A stretch of DNA of 64,000 bases from Desulfobacterales bacterium (GCA_046543065.1 JBKHAE010000002.1:7144-71143); one strand, 5' to 3'; shown: positions 27,332-37,118, counted from the first letter of the stretch. The notes: a model not told the origin generated them from the letters alone. A program made the numbers and translations.

Positions 27332-28258
27332 ATGGCGGCACAGCAAAAAATCCTCGTCTTATTGGACGGCTCAAAGCGGTCCCTGATGACCGTGGACTAT
27401 CTGATCAGCATGCCCTTTTTTCGTTCCGCAAAGCTCGTCCTGTACAATGTTTTCAGCGCCATTCCAGAAAGCTACTGGGATCTTGAGAAAGAGCCGGCCA
27501 GCCTTCATATCTACCATGAGTTAACAGCCTGGGAGCGGGAAAACCGGAAAAAAATTGATGCCTATATGGCGCTCGTCCGCAAACGGCTAATCAATGCCGG
27601 TTTTGCCCCATCTGCGATTGAGTTAAAGGTTCATGATCGCGAAAAAGGGATTGCCCGCGATATCTTAAAGGAAGCAGAGGCGGGGTATCATACGGTGGTG
27701 CTTCGCCGTCGCGGCATGGGGGAGACCGAAGGGCTTTCCATGGGCAGCATTGCGACCAAGCTGCTCTCAAGAATCACTTTTTTGCCCATTCAGATAGCCG
27801 GCCGCAAGGCGCAGAATAAAAAGGTCATCATCGGGGTGGATGGATCAGAATCAGCGGATCAGGCGGTGGATTATGTGGCTGAACTGCTCGGCGGTTATGA
27901 CTATTCCGTCGGCCTGATACATATCATCAGGGGGTATGGTGCCAGCATGCCGGAGCATTCCAGCTTTTTTATGCCGGCAGACAGCCTTAAAGCATCGGAG
28001 AAGGCGATGCGCGAGCATTTCCAAAAATTGCGGGAAAAACTGATAGACGCTGGTTTTCAGCCGGAAAAGGTTTCAGAAAAGATTATCACCGGCGCCCATT
28101 CCCGTGCGGGCACCATCGTCTCAGAGGCTGAGATCAAAAACTACAGCACCATCGTCTTGGGCCGCCGGGGCCATTCCCGGGTGCAGGAATTCTTAATGGG
28201 CCGGGTCTGCCAGAAGGTGGTTCATGCCGGACGTTATCATACGGTATGGATTGTTTAA
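27332..28258 (+). CDS. Tandem universal stress protein (UspA family)
   Basis: Two USP halves (LRRRGMGETEGLSMGSIATKLL and LGRRGHSRVQEFLMGRVCQKVV). Confidence 0.8.
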   Translation: MAAQQKILVLLDGSKRSLMTVDYLISMPFFRSAKLVLYNVFSAIPESYWDLEKEPASLHIYHELTAWERENRKKIDAYMALVRKRLINAGFAPSAIELKVHDREKGIARDILKEAEAGYHTVVLRRRGMGETEGLSMGSIATKLLSRITFLPIQIAGRKAQNKKVIIGVDGSESADQAVDYVAELLGGYDYSVGLIHIIRGYGASMPEHSSFFMPADSLKASEKAMREHFQKLREKLIDAGFQPEKVSEKIITGAHSRAGTIVSEAEIKNYSTIVLGRRGHSRVQEFLMGRVCQKVVHAGRYHTVWIV

Positions 28259-28269
28259 CCACTTGAGCG

Positions 28270-28527
28270 TTAATCCTGATCCGATTCGCAGTGGCACAGC
28301 AAGTCCAGCATGGTAATATCGCCGACGATGCGGCATCTCTCATCCAATACCGGAATTTCTTTAATCGCCGCCTTAACCATCTTTTTGATGACGGTCTTAA
28401 CCTCTTCCTCCTCTGTCGCAAAGATTAAGCCCGTATCCATGATGTGCTTTGCGGTTTCCGTCGTGATCATCGGTATCACGAACCAGGCGTGAACCGCCGG
28501 CTCGAAACTGCTGGAGAATAAAATCAA
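28270..28527 (-). CDS. Short single-CBS-motif protein (possibly a remnant); start uncertain
   Basis: TAKHIMDTGLIFATEEEEVKTVIKKMVKAAIKEIPVLDERCRIVGDITMLDLL is one CBS motif. It is the only minus-strand ORF in the island. Confidence 0.4.
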   Translation of the reverse strand: MILFSSSFEPAVHAWFVIPMITTETAKHIMDTGLIFATEEEEVKTVIKKMVKAAIKEIPVLDERCRIVGDITMLDLLCHCESDQD

Positions 28528-28544
28528 GCCAAGTTAACATATTT

Positions 28545-28560
28545 TGGTATGGATAATGCA
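28545..28560 (+). promoter_or_regulatory. Second sigma-54-like promoter TGGTAT-N5-ATGCA
   Basis: tggtatggataatgca has GG-N10-GC spacing and the same TTGGTAT -24 element as 25641. It lies ~125 nt upstream of the USP gene at 28686. Confidence 0.35.
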
Positions 28561-28685
28561 TTTTATTTAGATAAGGATTTGTTAAGTTTTTTTGCTCTTT
28601 TCCATCACGCATCAAACTGATTCAGGCGAAACAGGTCGCCTGCATCTGAATTTAAAAATCAGCCATCAACAACAGGAGAGATGTC

Positions 28686-29636
28686 ATGAAAAAATTTTTT
28701 ATGCCGGTGGATAATTCAATCTACTCCACCCATGCCCTGCAATATATCGTGTTGATGGCGCCCATTCTTCAGGACGGCGTTTTCCTGCTTTATTATGACC
28801 AGTCCATCGTCTCGGATTATCTGTTAGAGGAGGCAAAAACCAGTCCGGCCGCCATGGACAAACTGAATCAGATGAATGCCAAAAACGAAAGCATCGGCAA
28901 TGAGATCCTCGGCCGGCGCAAAAATGACCTGATAAGCCTAAATGTGCCGGAAGAAAGGATACAGGTATTTACCAACCGGCGGCGGGAGGGGGCGGCCAAG
29001 GATATCCTGTGGCAGGCGGAAAAAGAAGCAGCGGATGCCATCATCATTGGCCGGCATGGCTTCACCAAATTCCAGGAGACGTTTATCGGCAGTACAAGCA
29101 AAAATCTTATCGAACACTCGCCCACCATTCCCGTATGGCTGGTCGATGGCGAGACGGCTTCCAAAAACATCCTCCTGGCCGTTGACGGGTCAACCGATTC
29201 GGTTAAGGCTTTAGATTACCTGCTTGATATGTGTCAAGACGCTCCGGAGACTGAACTGACGATCTTCCATGTTGAGCCCTCATTCAGGGACTGCTGCACG
29301 GTTGATTTTTCTGAACTTCAAAGTTTTGAGGAGGCCGAAAGCGATGAAAACCTGGCCAATATCATCGAAAAAGCTGACCGGAAATGTATTGAAAATTTTA
29401 TGGGATATGCCTTCAGCCGATTCAAAGAAAAGTGTATACAGGAAGAGCGGCTGAAGATGAAAACCCAGCCGACAAAAGTCAATATCGGCCGGGCCATCAT
29501 AGATGAATTCAAAAACGGCGACTACGGCACCCTGGTCGTTGGTAAACGCGGGATTAACAAACGTTTCTTCATGGGAAGTGTTTCCAATTATTTGGTCAAC
29601 CACCTGCAAAACGGCGCGATCTGGATCATTCCATAA
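28686..29636 (+). CDS. Tandem universal stress protein (UspA family)
   Basis: IIGRHGFTKFQETFIGSTSKNLI and VVGKRGINKRFFMGSVSNYLV motifs. GGAGAG RBS. Confidence 0.8.
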   Translation: MKKFFMPVDNSIYSTHALQYIVLMAPILQDGVFLLYYDQSIVSDYLLEEAKTSPAAMDKLNQMNAKNESIGNEILGRRKNDLISLNVPEERIQVFTNRRREGAAKDILWQAEKEAADAIIIGRHGFTKFQETFIGSTSKNLIEHSPTIPVWLVDGETASKNILLAVDGSTDSVKALDYLLDMCQDAPETELTIFHVEPSFRDCCTVDFSELQSFEEAESDENLANIIEKADRKCIENFMGYAFSRFKEKCIQEERLKMKTQPTKVNIGRAIIDEFKNGDYGTLVVGKRGINKRFFMGSVSNYLVNHLQNGAIWIIP

Positions 29637-29701
29637 TTTTCGATGAACTCTTCACGATTCGGCCCGCACTTCGCTTCCCGTGAATAAAAAAGGGGGGTAA
29701 A

Positions 29702-30253
29702 ATGATACTTAGAAAAAAAGTCAAAGATGTCATGATCCCTATTGATAAATATGCGGTGATTGACCCGGATGCCACCCTGGCGCAAGCCATAGTCAGTCTT
29801 CGCGGGTCCTACTGCACGGTTGAAACCGGATTCTGCGCGGAAACCGGCCCTCGGGCCATATTGGTCGTGGACAGCGCCGGGACACTGGTTGGGGTGATTG
29901 ATTTTAAAACCCTGCTGAAAGTCCTAATCCCTGAAGTGCACGGCAAAATATCCGCCCGGTTGGAAGCCCTGGGCGTCTCCATCGCCTTTGCCGAAGCCGG
30001 GAGCGGAGAACTGGATGAAATCCATGATAGTCTCGCCGCCCGCGTCCGGAAGAATGCCCAGGTAAAAACAAAAGAGATCATGCTCAAAAACGTGGCTCAT
30101 ACCAATGTCGACGACATGCTCCTGGGTGCGATGAAACTGATGTTTAGAAAAAGGCTGATCATGCTGCCGGTCTATGATGATGATAAGCTGGTGGGGGTAG
30201 TTCGGGATGCAGACCTTTTTCTGACCGTTGCAGATATCCTGATCAATCAATAG
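29702..30253 (+). CDS. CBS-pair domain protein (paralog of 25706-26275)
   Basis: VKDVMIPIDKYAVIDPDATLAQAI... and TKEIMLKNVAHTNVDDMLLGAMKLM...LPVYDDDKLVGVVRDADLF. Confidence 0.8.
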   Translation: MILRKKVKDVMIPIDKYAVIDPDATLAQAIVSLRGSYCTVETGFCAETGPRAILVVDSAGTLVGVIDFKTLLKVLIPEVHGKISARLEALGVSIAFAEAGSGELDEIHDSLAARVRKNAQVKTKEIMLKNVAHTNVDDMLLGAMKLMFRKRLIMLPVYDDDKLVGVVRDADLFLTVADILINQ

Positions 30254-30499
30254 CTGCGGTCACAAACCTAATTAATGGTGCCGCTTCAGGTGAACCGAAG
30301 CCGGTTGCTGAAAAAACAGGTGCGGTCTGCACGACGGCTGCCCCGCTATAATGACTTCATATTTCACATAGAGCAGGCAATCTGGCCTGCATGAAAAACA
30401 GAACTATTTTACCATATCCGTGGGCCTTTCTCTATTTGACCTTTTTCGCGGTTTATTCTATTTTTCCATATTTGGTGTAAATAATAACAAGGAGGCTGC

Positions 30500-31516
30500 A
30501 TGTCCTGGACCCGTCCGCACATCGGAGTGATCGGGGCCGGCGCCATCGGCGGTATCACCGCCGCACTGATCAAACAGGCCGGCTATGATGTTGAAATTGT
30601 GTGCAAGTATGAAAATGTTGCCCGCCAAACCAATGAAAAGGGGCTGCATATAAAGGGATTCTGCGGTGATCACTGGGTACCGATGCCCGCTGTTGCAGAA
30701 ATAAAGGATATGAAGGCGGATAAGGATCTGATTCTCCTGGCCACCAAAGCCACGGATCTGGTGCCGGCCGCCCAGGCGCTGCTTCCTTTGCTGACACCGG
30801 ACACTCTGGTGGTATCTTTGCAGAACGGCATCTGCGAGGAAACCCTGGGCGAAGTAGTGGGCCACGAACGGGTGATCGGATGCGTGGTGGGCTGGGGCGC
30901 CACCATGAATTCTCCCGGAGAACTGGAAATGACTTCCGGCGGCGAGTTTATTATCGGCACCTTAGACAAGCGCCCGGAACCCAGACTTCAAACCATAAAA
31001 GAAATTTTTGATCAGGTGGTGCCCTGCAATATTTCAGAGAATATCCTGGGCAGCCTCTACGCCAAGCTGATCGTCAATTCCTGTATTACCTCTTTAGGTG
31101 CCATATGCGGCCTTTACATGGGCCAGATGCTGGCGGACCGGAAAATCCGGAATATTTTTATCGACATCATGCATGAGGCCATGGCTGTTGCAGATGCCAT
31201 GGATCTGCATGTAGAAACCCTCGGCGGAAGAATGAACTATTACCGGTTTATGGCCGGCTCCGGCACTTTAGCCCAATTGCGGCGGCACCTCATGATCCGG
31301 CTGATCGGTTTTAAATACCGGAGGCTCAAGTCATCCAGCCTCCAATCCCTGGAGCGCGGCAAACCGACGGAAATTGATTATTTGAACGGATATATTACGG
31401 ATAAGGCCAGAAAGCTTAATGTGCCTGTGCCGGTCAATGATAAGGTCGTCCGGGTGATCAAGGAAATTGAAGCCGGAAACCGCCGCATTTCACCCGAAAA
31501 TTTTAAAACGTTTTAA
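30500..31516 (+). CDS. 2-dehydropantoate 2-reductase (ApbA/PanE) family oxidoreductase
   Basis: N-terminal Rossmann motif IGVIGAGAIGG and C-terminal SSLQSLERGKPTEIDYLNGYI. Confidence 0.75.
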   Translation: MSWTRPHIGVIGAGAIGGITAALIKQAGYDVEIVCKYENVARQTNEKGLHIKGFCGDHWVPMPAVAEIKDMKADKDLILLATKATDLVPAAQALLPLLTPDTLVVSLQNGICEETLGEVVGHERVIGCVVGWGATMNSPGELEMTSGGEFIIGTLDKRPEPRLQTIKEIFDQVVPCNISENILGSLYAKLIVNSCITSLGAICGLYMGQMLADRKIRNIFIDIMHEAMAVADAMDLHVETLGGRMNYYRFMAGSGTLAQLRRHLMIRLIGFKYRRLKSSSLQSLERGKPTEIDYLNGYITDKARKLNVPVPVNDKVVRVIKEIEAGNRRISPENFKTF

Positions 31517-31533
31517 GGCCCGGCATAAAGGAC

Positions 31534-32580
31534 TCACAAATCAATCCAAAAGCCCCAGGCCCAGTATGTCTCCTCAAATCTTGAAAATTCACCGATAAGC
31601 GATCGGCCGTCCCGGTATTCCAGCCCTATGCGGAAGTTCCGGTTGATGCGGTGCACGGGAATCATCAGCCCGGTCTGAGCCGTGATATCCGGCTCCCAGT
31701 CCGATTCCTCATAGGCGGTCAGATCCAGGGCCGCATAAAAGCCCATCCGCCCGCCCCAGAGGCAGTCTGCATTCACATATTCCAGGCCGGCCTGCCCGCG
31801 CCATTTTTCCTGCAAATCTTCATTTCGAAGGTCAAACGCCCAGCCGGCTTCACCATAGCCCCGAAAATCCCGCCATATGGGAAAGCTAAGCCCCAGTACG
31901 TATTCCTGGCGGGTATAATCGACCCGCTGCATGCCGGTGCGTTCGGCGAATTCATCCCCGACATGGCTGGAATCATGATTCAAACCGAATTTCAGGGCGA
32001 ATCCATCGCCATTGCGCCAGGTCAAATCAATGCCGTACAAACCATCCCAGCCGATATTGTCCAAAGAATGCTCCCGGTCAAACATGCCGAGGAAAGTGCC
32101 GTGGATATTGAGCTGAATACCGCGGTTCAAATCGTCGACCGGGGATATGCGAAGCAGCCCTAGCCTGCCCCCGATCCGAAATAAATATCGATCTTTGCCG
32201 GCCTCCGGGATCTCTGTATCCCCATACTGAGCCGCATTCAAAGCAATGCCGGGATGCAGCGGATCAGCCGGATGCGCGGGATAGAGGTGAGTCCCCGGTG
32301 CAAACATGGCCGTCCAGCCGGTCCCCAAGGGCGCAGAATGTGAGAATTTATCAGAGTATTGCGTATTTGCTTCAGAAGGCGGGTCCTGAGTCAAAGCAGT
32401 TTGACCCGACACCGCATGGGATTTATCCTGTGCGGCAGTTGACTGGGGGCTTAAAAAAAAGACGCCCATGATCAACCCGGCCAACCCTATTTGGGCGATG
32501 CCCGCAAAGAATTTTAAATAATTCAAAAGAATTTCCTTACCAGCCTTCTTATCAGCGCTGTTTCCCCTGAGCATCCTCAT
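31534..32580 (-). CDS. Secreted/outer-membrane protein, DUF1207-like (tentative)
   Basis: Signal-peptide-like N-terminus (FFAGIAQIGLAGLIMGVFFLSPQSTAAQ), an alternating beta-strand-like pattern, an HDSSHVGDE motif and an aromatic-rich C-terminus. Confidence 0.45.
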   Translation of the reverse strand: MRMLRGNSADKKAGKEILLNYLKFFAGIAQIGLAGLIMGVFFLSPQSTAAQDKSHAVSGQTALTQDPPSEANTQYSDKFSHSAPLGTGWTAMFAPGTHLYPAHPADPLHPGIALNAAQYGDTEIPEAGKDRYLFRIGGRLGLLRISPVDDLNRGIQLNIHGTFLGMFDREHSLDNIGWDGLYGIDLTWRNGDGFALKFGLNHDSSHVGDEFAERTGMQRVDYTRQEYVLGLSFPIWRDFRGYGEAGWAFDLRNEDLQEKWRGQAGLEYVNADCLWGGRMGFYAALDLTAYEESDWEPDITAQTGLMIPVHRINRNFRIGLEYRDGRSLIGEFSRFEETYWAWGFWIDL

Positions 32581-33592
32581 TAAAGCCCTTCATGCCCCTT
32601 TCCAGCTGCAAATAACAGTTAGCGTTTTGAATGGCCAGGCCCCCTTGATGGCCAAGGGCTTCAACCATCATGATTTCATCCTCATAGAACTGGCGACGGG
32701 CGCCGAAATAAAGCCGCAGAACGCCGATCACATCGTGTTTTACACAGACAGGCACGGCAAGAATTGTAACAATACCCTCCGTCTGTTTTTCTTTCAGGTA
32801 TTTGATGCCGTCAGCAGCGGAGACATCATTGATAATAGTGGTCTTGCCGTTCATTGCCTCGACAACGCCCTTGTCCTCAGAGACATCCCCTTTGCTCAGA
32901 TACGCCTCACTCAATCCGTAGCTGGCGCGAAGCGCTAACTTATTCTCTTTATCATCAATCAGTCGGATGGTAGCCCCCTTGGCATTCAGGGCTTTGCCCA
33001 CCTCTTCGGTCATCACCCGCAATATCGCATCGACATCCAGGGAGGCATTGATTCCGGCGGACAAATCCCGGAACATCCGGGCATTATGGCGCAGCTGAGT
33101 AATCAACCGGGCCCGGTCAATGGCCATTCCGCCCTGCTCGGCCAATGCTGTCAGAAACTTGACCTCGTCAGGGCTAAACTCCCGAATTTCAGCTGTATAG
33201 AGCGATAATACCCCCATTAGCTGATTATTGATAATAACCGGCACCGCCAGAATGGATTTAATTCCTTCCGCCGCTTTAGCCTCATGGTTGACCGAACGCT
33301 CATCCGTGGTCGCATCCCTTATATAGAGATGGCCCTCTTTTTTAAGGATATCCAAATGCTCAGCCGCCTTCTCCGGCGGGGCATGCAGATAATTAGGCGA
33401 CAGCCCTGTCTGTGCGGCCGGCACAAATGTATTGGTTTCCAAATCCTCAAGAAAAAGACAGGCAGCCTTAGCATTCATTGTGTCAACGGCACTTTCGACA
33501 ATCCGCGTAAGGAGCGTGTCCCGTTTTTCAGCCGAGGCAAACGCCCGGCTGATTTTGCATAAACTGTCAAAATAATCCATATGGCTTGTCAT
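32552..33592 (-). CDS. Tandem GAF-domain protein without a recognisable output domain
   Basis: Two GAF-like halves (...ACLFLEDLETNTF...SILAVPVIINNQLMGVLSLY and ...ATIRLIDDKENKL...TILAVPVCVKHDVIGVLRLYF). The start at 33592 has a GGAGG RBS. Confidence 0.7.
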   Translation of the reverse strand: MTSHMDYFDSLCKISRAFASAEKRDTLLTRIVESAVDTMNAKAACLFLEDLETNTFVPAAQTGLSPNYLHAPPEKAAEHLDILKKEGHLYIRDATTDERSVNHEAKAAEGIKSILAVPVIINNQLMGVLSLYTAEIREFSPDEVKFLTALAEQGGMAIDRARLITQLRHNARMFRDLSAGINASLDVDAILRVMTEEVGKALNAKGATIRLIDDKENKLALRASYGLSEAYLSKGDVSEDKGVVEAMNGKTTIINDVSAADGIKYLKEKQTEGIVTILAVPVCVKHDVIGVLRLYFGARRQFYEDEIMMVEALGHQGGLAIQNANCYLQLERGMKGFNEDAQGKQR

Positions 33593-33775
33593 AAGGACGC
33601 CTCCTATCATTTATCCGCTGTGGTTGAATAAAGGGTTGTTCACGTATTGGCAGTAACAACGAAATCGACTTTTTTTCTGCCTTGTGATAATAAAGTATAA
33701 AAACCAAAATCTGGGTTTCAACATTTTTTCCTTATAAATATGCGGCATGCGATGATAAAGCTCCACTGCTGACAA

Positions 33776-34606
33776 TCAGTCAGACGCATCATCCGGGAAA
33801 AGCTCAAGTACGGCGATTTCCGGGAAACAGGCCAGTCTTACCGGTACCGTCCCCCAGCCGATCCCTTTTGAAATAAACACCCGCCCCCCGCTTTTCGAAT
33901 TTTTAAGACCGCTGGTATAGATTTTATTTTCCACCGGATTCGAGGGCGGGCCGAAAAGTGGCAGCACAAACTGCCCGCCGTGGGTGTGGCCCGCAATCAT
34001 CAGGTCAATCCGCTGATTAAACGCCGTATCCGCGCTGTCCGGGTTATGGGCAAGCACAATCCGGCACTCATTTTCCGGAATCCCGGATAGAAGTTCATCA
34101 AAATCCATGTGGTCCTCCCAGAGATCGCCGCCACCGGCAAGCCACAGTTTTTCACCGCTACGCTCAAATACTTTTTTCCGCCCTCTAAGGTTCTGGCCGG
34201 TTTGATCCAGCCATTCAATAGAGCGGGCCGTGTCCGCCCAGTGATCATGGTTGCCCAGCACAGAGTATACGCCTTCAGGCGCATGAAGCCGGGCCAGTAC
34301 CGGCCAGATGCGGTCAATGCGCTTATGGCTGTTTGTCTCCAGTACATAATCGCCCGTGCATACAACAATATCCCCATTTAAACGGTTGGCGCGCCAGACA
34401 GCATATTTGGCGGTTAAAAGCGGCTGCAGCGGTCCGTAATGAAGATCGGAGAGCTGGACCATGCGGAAACCCGCAAAAGCCTCCGGCAGGCGGGGTACCG
34501 GGATCTTATAATAATTGACCCGGATGATGAAGCGTTCAATGAAGAAGATATAAAGAAAAACAACTGTCAGTAAAACAGCGGCGGCGTTTAACACTAAAAT
34601 CCCCAT
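33776..34606 (-). CDS. Membrane-anchored metallophosphoesterase (YkuE/calcineurin-like)
   Basis: SDLHYG, CTGDYV, LGNHDHW and AGHTHGGQ motifs, with an N-terminal TM helix. The start was chosen at MGILVLN. Confidence 0.8.
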   Translation of the reverse strand: MGILVLNAAAVLLTVVFLYIFFIERFIIRVNYYKIPVPRLPEAFAGFRMVQLSDLHYGPLQPLLTAKYAVWRANRLNGDIVVCTGDYVLETNSHKRIDRIWPVLARLHAPEGVYSVLGNHDHWADTARSIEWLDQTGQNLRGRKKVFERSGEKLWLAGGGDLWEDHMDFDELLSGIPENECRIVLAHNPDSADTAFNQRIDLMIAGHTHGGQFVLPLFGPPSNPVENKIYTSGLKNSKSGGRVFISKGIGWGTVPVRLACFPEIAVLELFPDDASD

Positions 34607-34616
34607 ACTTAGCGGG

Positions 34617-34838
34617 TTATCCTTTCGCGCCCTGGATCGTGATATAGGCGACAACAAAAGACAAAGCGCAGAGCAGCAGGCTGATCTTGGCTGCAATACC
34701 CAGGTAGCGGGCGGCCGTCTGGTATTTTCGGCGGTGCTCGCTTTTCATCCGCCGGGCGCGACTGTCCACAAACGCCGCTGCTCCCCATAAAACAATACCC
34801 AAAAAAATAAAACCAAGCGTTACATAGGCAAAAATCAT
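34617..34838 (-). CDS. Small two-TM membrane protein, hypothetical
   Basis: MIFAYVTLGFIFLGIVLWGAAAF...basic loop...IAAKISLLLCALSFVVAYI. It lies directly upstream of, and co-oriented with, the phosphoesterase. Confidence 0.4.
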   Translation of the reverse strand: MIFAYVTLGFIFLGIVLWGAAAFVDSRARRMKSEHRRKYQTAARYLGIAAKISLLLCALSFVVAYITIQGAKG

Positions 34839-35006
34839 CGCATCTCCTGTTCGCAAGGGCTGCTGTCAGGGTTTGAATCAGCTTTCGGTTGCAATCACAC
34901 CGGCTTTTTGCCATATTCGACAAAAATCCGGTTTGCAAACCATTTTTAGCATATATAAGGGCAAAGATCCCACATCTTTAAGCGCAAGTGAAAAACGGAG
35001 GATATC

Positions 35007-35729
35007 ATGGCAGTCGCATTCTGGGAAAAAGATGAAACCGTGGCCATCATAAAAATGAACAACAGCCAGAACCTTCAGAACCTGGCATTTGCTGAGGCAA
35101 TGAATGGCGTGATTGATGAGGCCCTGGCTGACAAACAGATCAAAGCCATGGTACTGACCAGCGCAGATGAAAAGTTCTTCTCCAACGGCATTGACGTCCA
35201 ATGGCTGGGGGAGCGCTTTGCCGCCCAGGATTCCCAGCTGATCAAAGACTTTATGTACGGTATGGACGCGGTATTTAAAAAACTGCTGCTCGCCCCCCTG
35301 CCCACCATTGCCGCAATCAACGGCCATGCCTTCGGAAACGGGGCCATCCTGTCCTGCGCCTGCGACTTCCGGTTCATGAAGTCAGACCGCGGATTTTTCT
35401 GTTTTCCCGAGGTGGATCTGGGGATTCCCTTTCTGCCGGGCATGGATGCGTTTATCGAAAAGGCGATTCCCCAGTATAAATTCAACGAACTCAAGCTGAC
35501 CGGCCGCCGGGCTACCGCACCGGAGCTTGAGGCCCATCATGTAATTGAAAAGGCCTGCGAAAATGCCGAACACCTGATGGCCGAAACCATGACTTTTGCC
35601 CGCTCCTTTGACAAGAAACGCGGCATTTTCGGGGAGCACAAGCGCCGCATGCACAAGCACATCATTGCCATCATTGATACGGAAAACCCGGAATTCATCG
35701 AGGCCCTGAATCTGATGGTTCAGGAATAA
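35007..35729 (+). CDS. Enoyl-CoA hydratase/isomerase (crotonase) family protein
   Basis: Crotonase core FFSNGIDV...AAINGHAFGNGAILSCACDFRFM. Confidence 0.75.
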   Translation: MAVAFWEKDETVAIIKMNNSQNLQNLAFAEAMNGVIDEALADKQIKAMVLTSADEKFFSNGIDVQWLGERFAAQDSQLIKDFMYGMDAVFKKLLLAPLPTIAAINGHAFGNGAILSCACDFRFMKSDRGFFCFPEVDLGIPFLPGMDAFIEKAIPQYKFNELKLTGRRATAPELEAHHVIEKACENAEHLMAETMTFARSFDKKRGIFGEHKRRMHKHIIAIIDTENPEFIEALNLMVQE

Positions 35730-35743
35730 TACCGGCACAAGGC

Positions 35744-36694
35744 TTATTCTAACTCCAGCTGCTTAAGCAGCTTCTTTTTCTGGGCCTCATACTCCTGCGC
35801 ATCAATCAGATCCGACTCATAGAGCTCTTTTAAATACTCGAGGCGCTCCTTGATATCTGCCTTGCGGGATTTCCAGTTATCGTCCGGAGTTTTGGCAGAA
35901 GATTCAGGTTGAACTGGGGGCGCCGTCTGCTCCGGCACCGACATATCGGATGATGGTTCAGGCTCTGATAAGGATTCTGCGGCCGGGGATTGCGCAGGCG
36001 TCCTGGATTCACCCGCCTTTCCGGGCTCCGCGGCATTTTCTTTACGAATTCTCGCCTGTTCAATCTTTTCAATATCCGCGACAAGCCACATGGGATATTT
36101 TTCACCATCTTCCGTCCGCTTGCGCCCTGCATAGTCCGGCGCGGCAATCGGGGTGTCCGAGGATTTGATTTCCAGGGGATTCAGTGTCTTTTCGGTTTTT
36201 GAAAACCGCTGCAGCTCTTCTTCCCGAATCTCATGATTTACGTAGCTGAAGGCCAGGTTCAGACGATTGCCCGGCTCAACAAAAAGCACGCCCCGGGTCT
36301 TCCGGTCTTTTCTAAAAAACAGCCCGTCCCCGCGGTTGTATGAAATAAACCGCACCCGCTGATGCGGCGCCGCCCGGCCCAGGGCTGCGGTAAGAGCCGG
36401 CACCAGCCGCTCGATCTCTTCTTTCTGAAACACCGGCATTGTCTTCGGATCACCATAGAAGGCCGGTTCCTCGAGATAATCCAGCTGGGCCAGAAGAATC
36501 TTTAAATCCCGGGAATCCATATCATACGGGTGATTAAACTGCTTTTGGGCGATTTCTCCCTTTACCACCCGGTGCTCAAGACTGACTGTCAATTTTTTTT
36601 CATCCACCACCGGCGACTGCACCCAGCGGGTACTGCATCCGCTGATCATCGCGGCACTTAACAGGCATGCAATCAGAACGTAACAACGATTCAT
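35744..36694 (-). CDS. Lipoprotein with a C-terminal SHOCT-like motif
   Basis: Lipobox LSAAMISGCS, a Pro/Glu/Ser-rich linker, and a C-terminal LKELYESDLIDAQEYEAQKKKLL. Confidence 0.6.
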   Translation of the reverse strand: MNRCYVLIACLLSAAMISGCSTRWVQSPVVDEKKLTVSLEHRVVKGEIAQKQFNHPYDMDSRDLKILLAQLDYLEEPAFYGDPKTMPVFQKEEIERLVPALTAALGRAAPHQRVRFISYNRGDGLFFRKDRKTRGVLFVEPGNRLNLAFSYVNHEIREEELQRFSKTEKTLNPLEIKSSDTPIAAPDYAGRKRTEDGEKYPMWLVADIEKIEQARIRKENAAEPGKAGESRTPAQSPAAESLSEPEPSSDMSVPEQTAPPVQPESSAKTPDDNWKSRKADIKERLEYLKELYESDLIDAQEYEAQKKKLLKQLELE

Positions 36695-36879
36695 AAGCTT
36701 TTATCCCCTGACTTGGCAGTTAAAATGGAGCTATCATCGTTTATGAAATACCAATTCCGGCATGGGCTGTCAAATGCCCGTATCCCCGGCACGATAAATT
36801 TGTTCTGCCTGAATAGCCGTCCATATTTTGACGATCCCATCATTGTGATTATATATTTTACAAAGATAGAAATATTTGG

Positions 36880-37059
36880 CTCGTACTCGTAATCGGCTTT
36901 TAATTTTTCCGGCTTCGATTCCGAGTACGTGAACCGTCCCGCTCGCGCGGGACTGAGTACGATTAAGTTTGTTCTATCTATTTTTCAGGCGGGCACGGTG
37001 GCCCGCTCTACGTATGGGGAAAAACCCGATTCATCGTAGGGTCGGCCACCGGGCCGACC
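36880..37059. repeat. Cluster of GC-rich stem-loops (REP-like) in a 450-bp intergenic region
   Basis: Stems GTCCCGC/GCGGGAC (36936-36953), GCGGGC/GCCCGC (36989-37006) and GGTCGGCC/GGCCGACC (37040-37059), plus ctcgtactcgtaatcggc / gcttcgattccgagtacg pairing. Confidence 0.6.
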
Positions 37060-37081
37060 ATAAATTCTTGATTTCATTCGT

Positions 37082-37118
37082 CTAATACCTAATACCCAAA
37101 ACTTAAAACCTAAAACCC
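37082..37118 (+). repeat. CTAATAC / CTAAAAC simple-repeat leader element, copy 1
   Basis: ctaatacctaatacccaaaacttaaaacctaaaaccc lies 25 nt upstream of the AKR start. A related cctaacacccaatacctaatacc is at 63511-63537, upstream of lemA. Confidence 0.65.
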
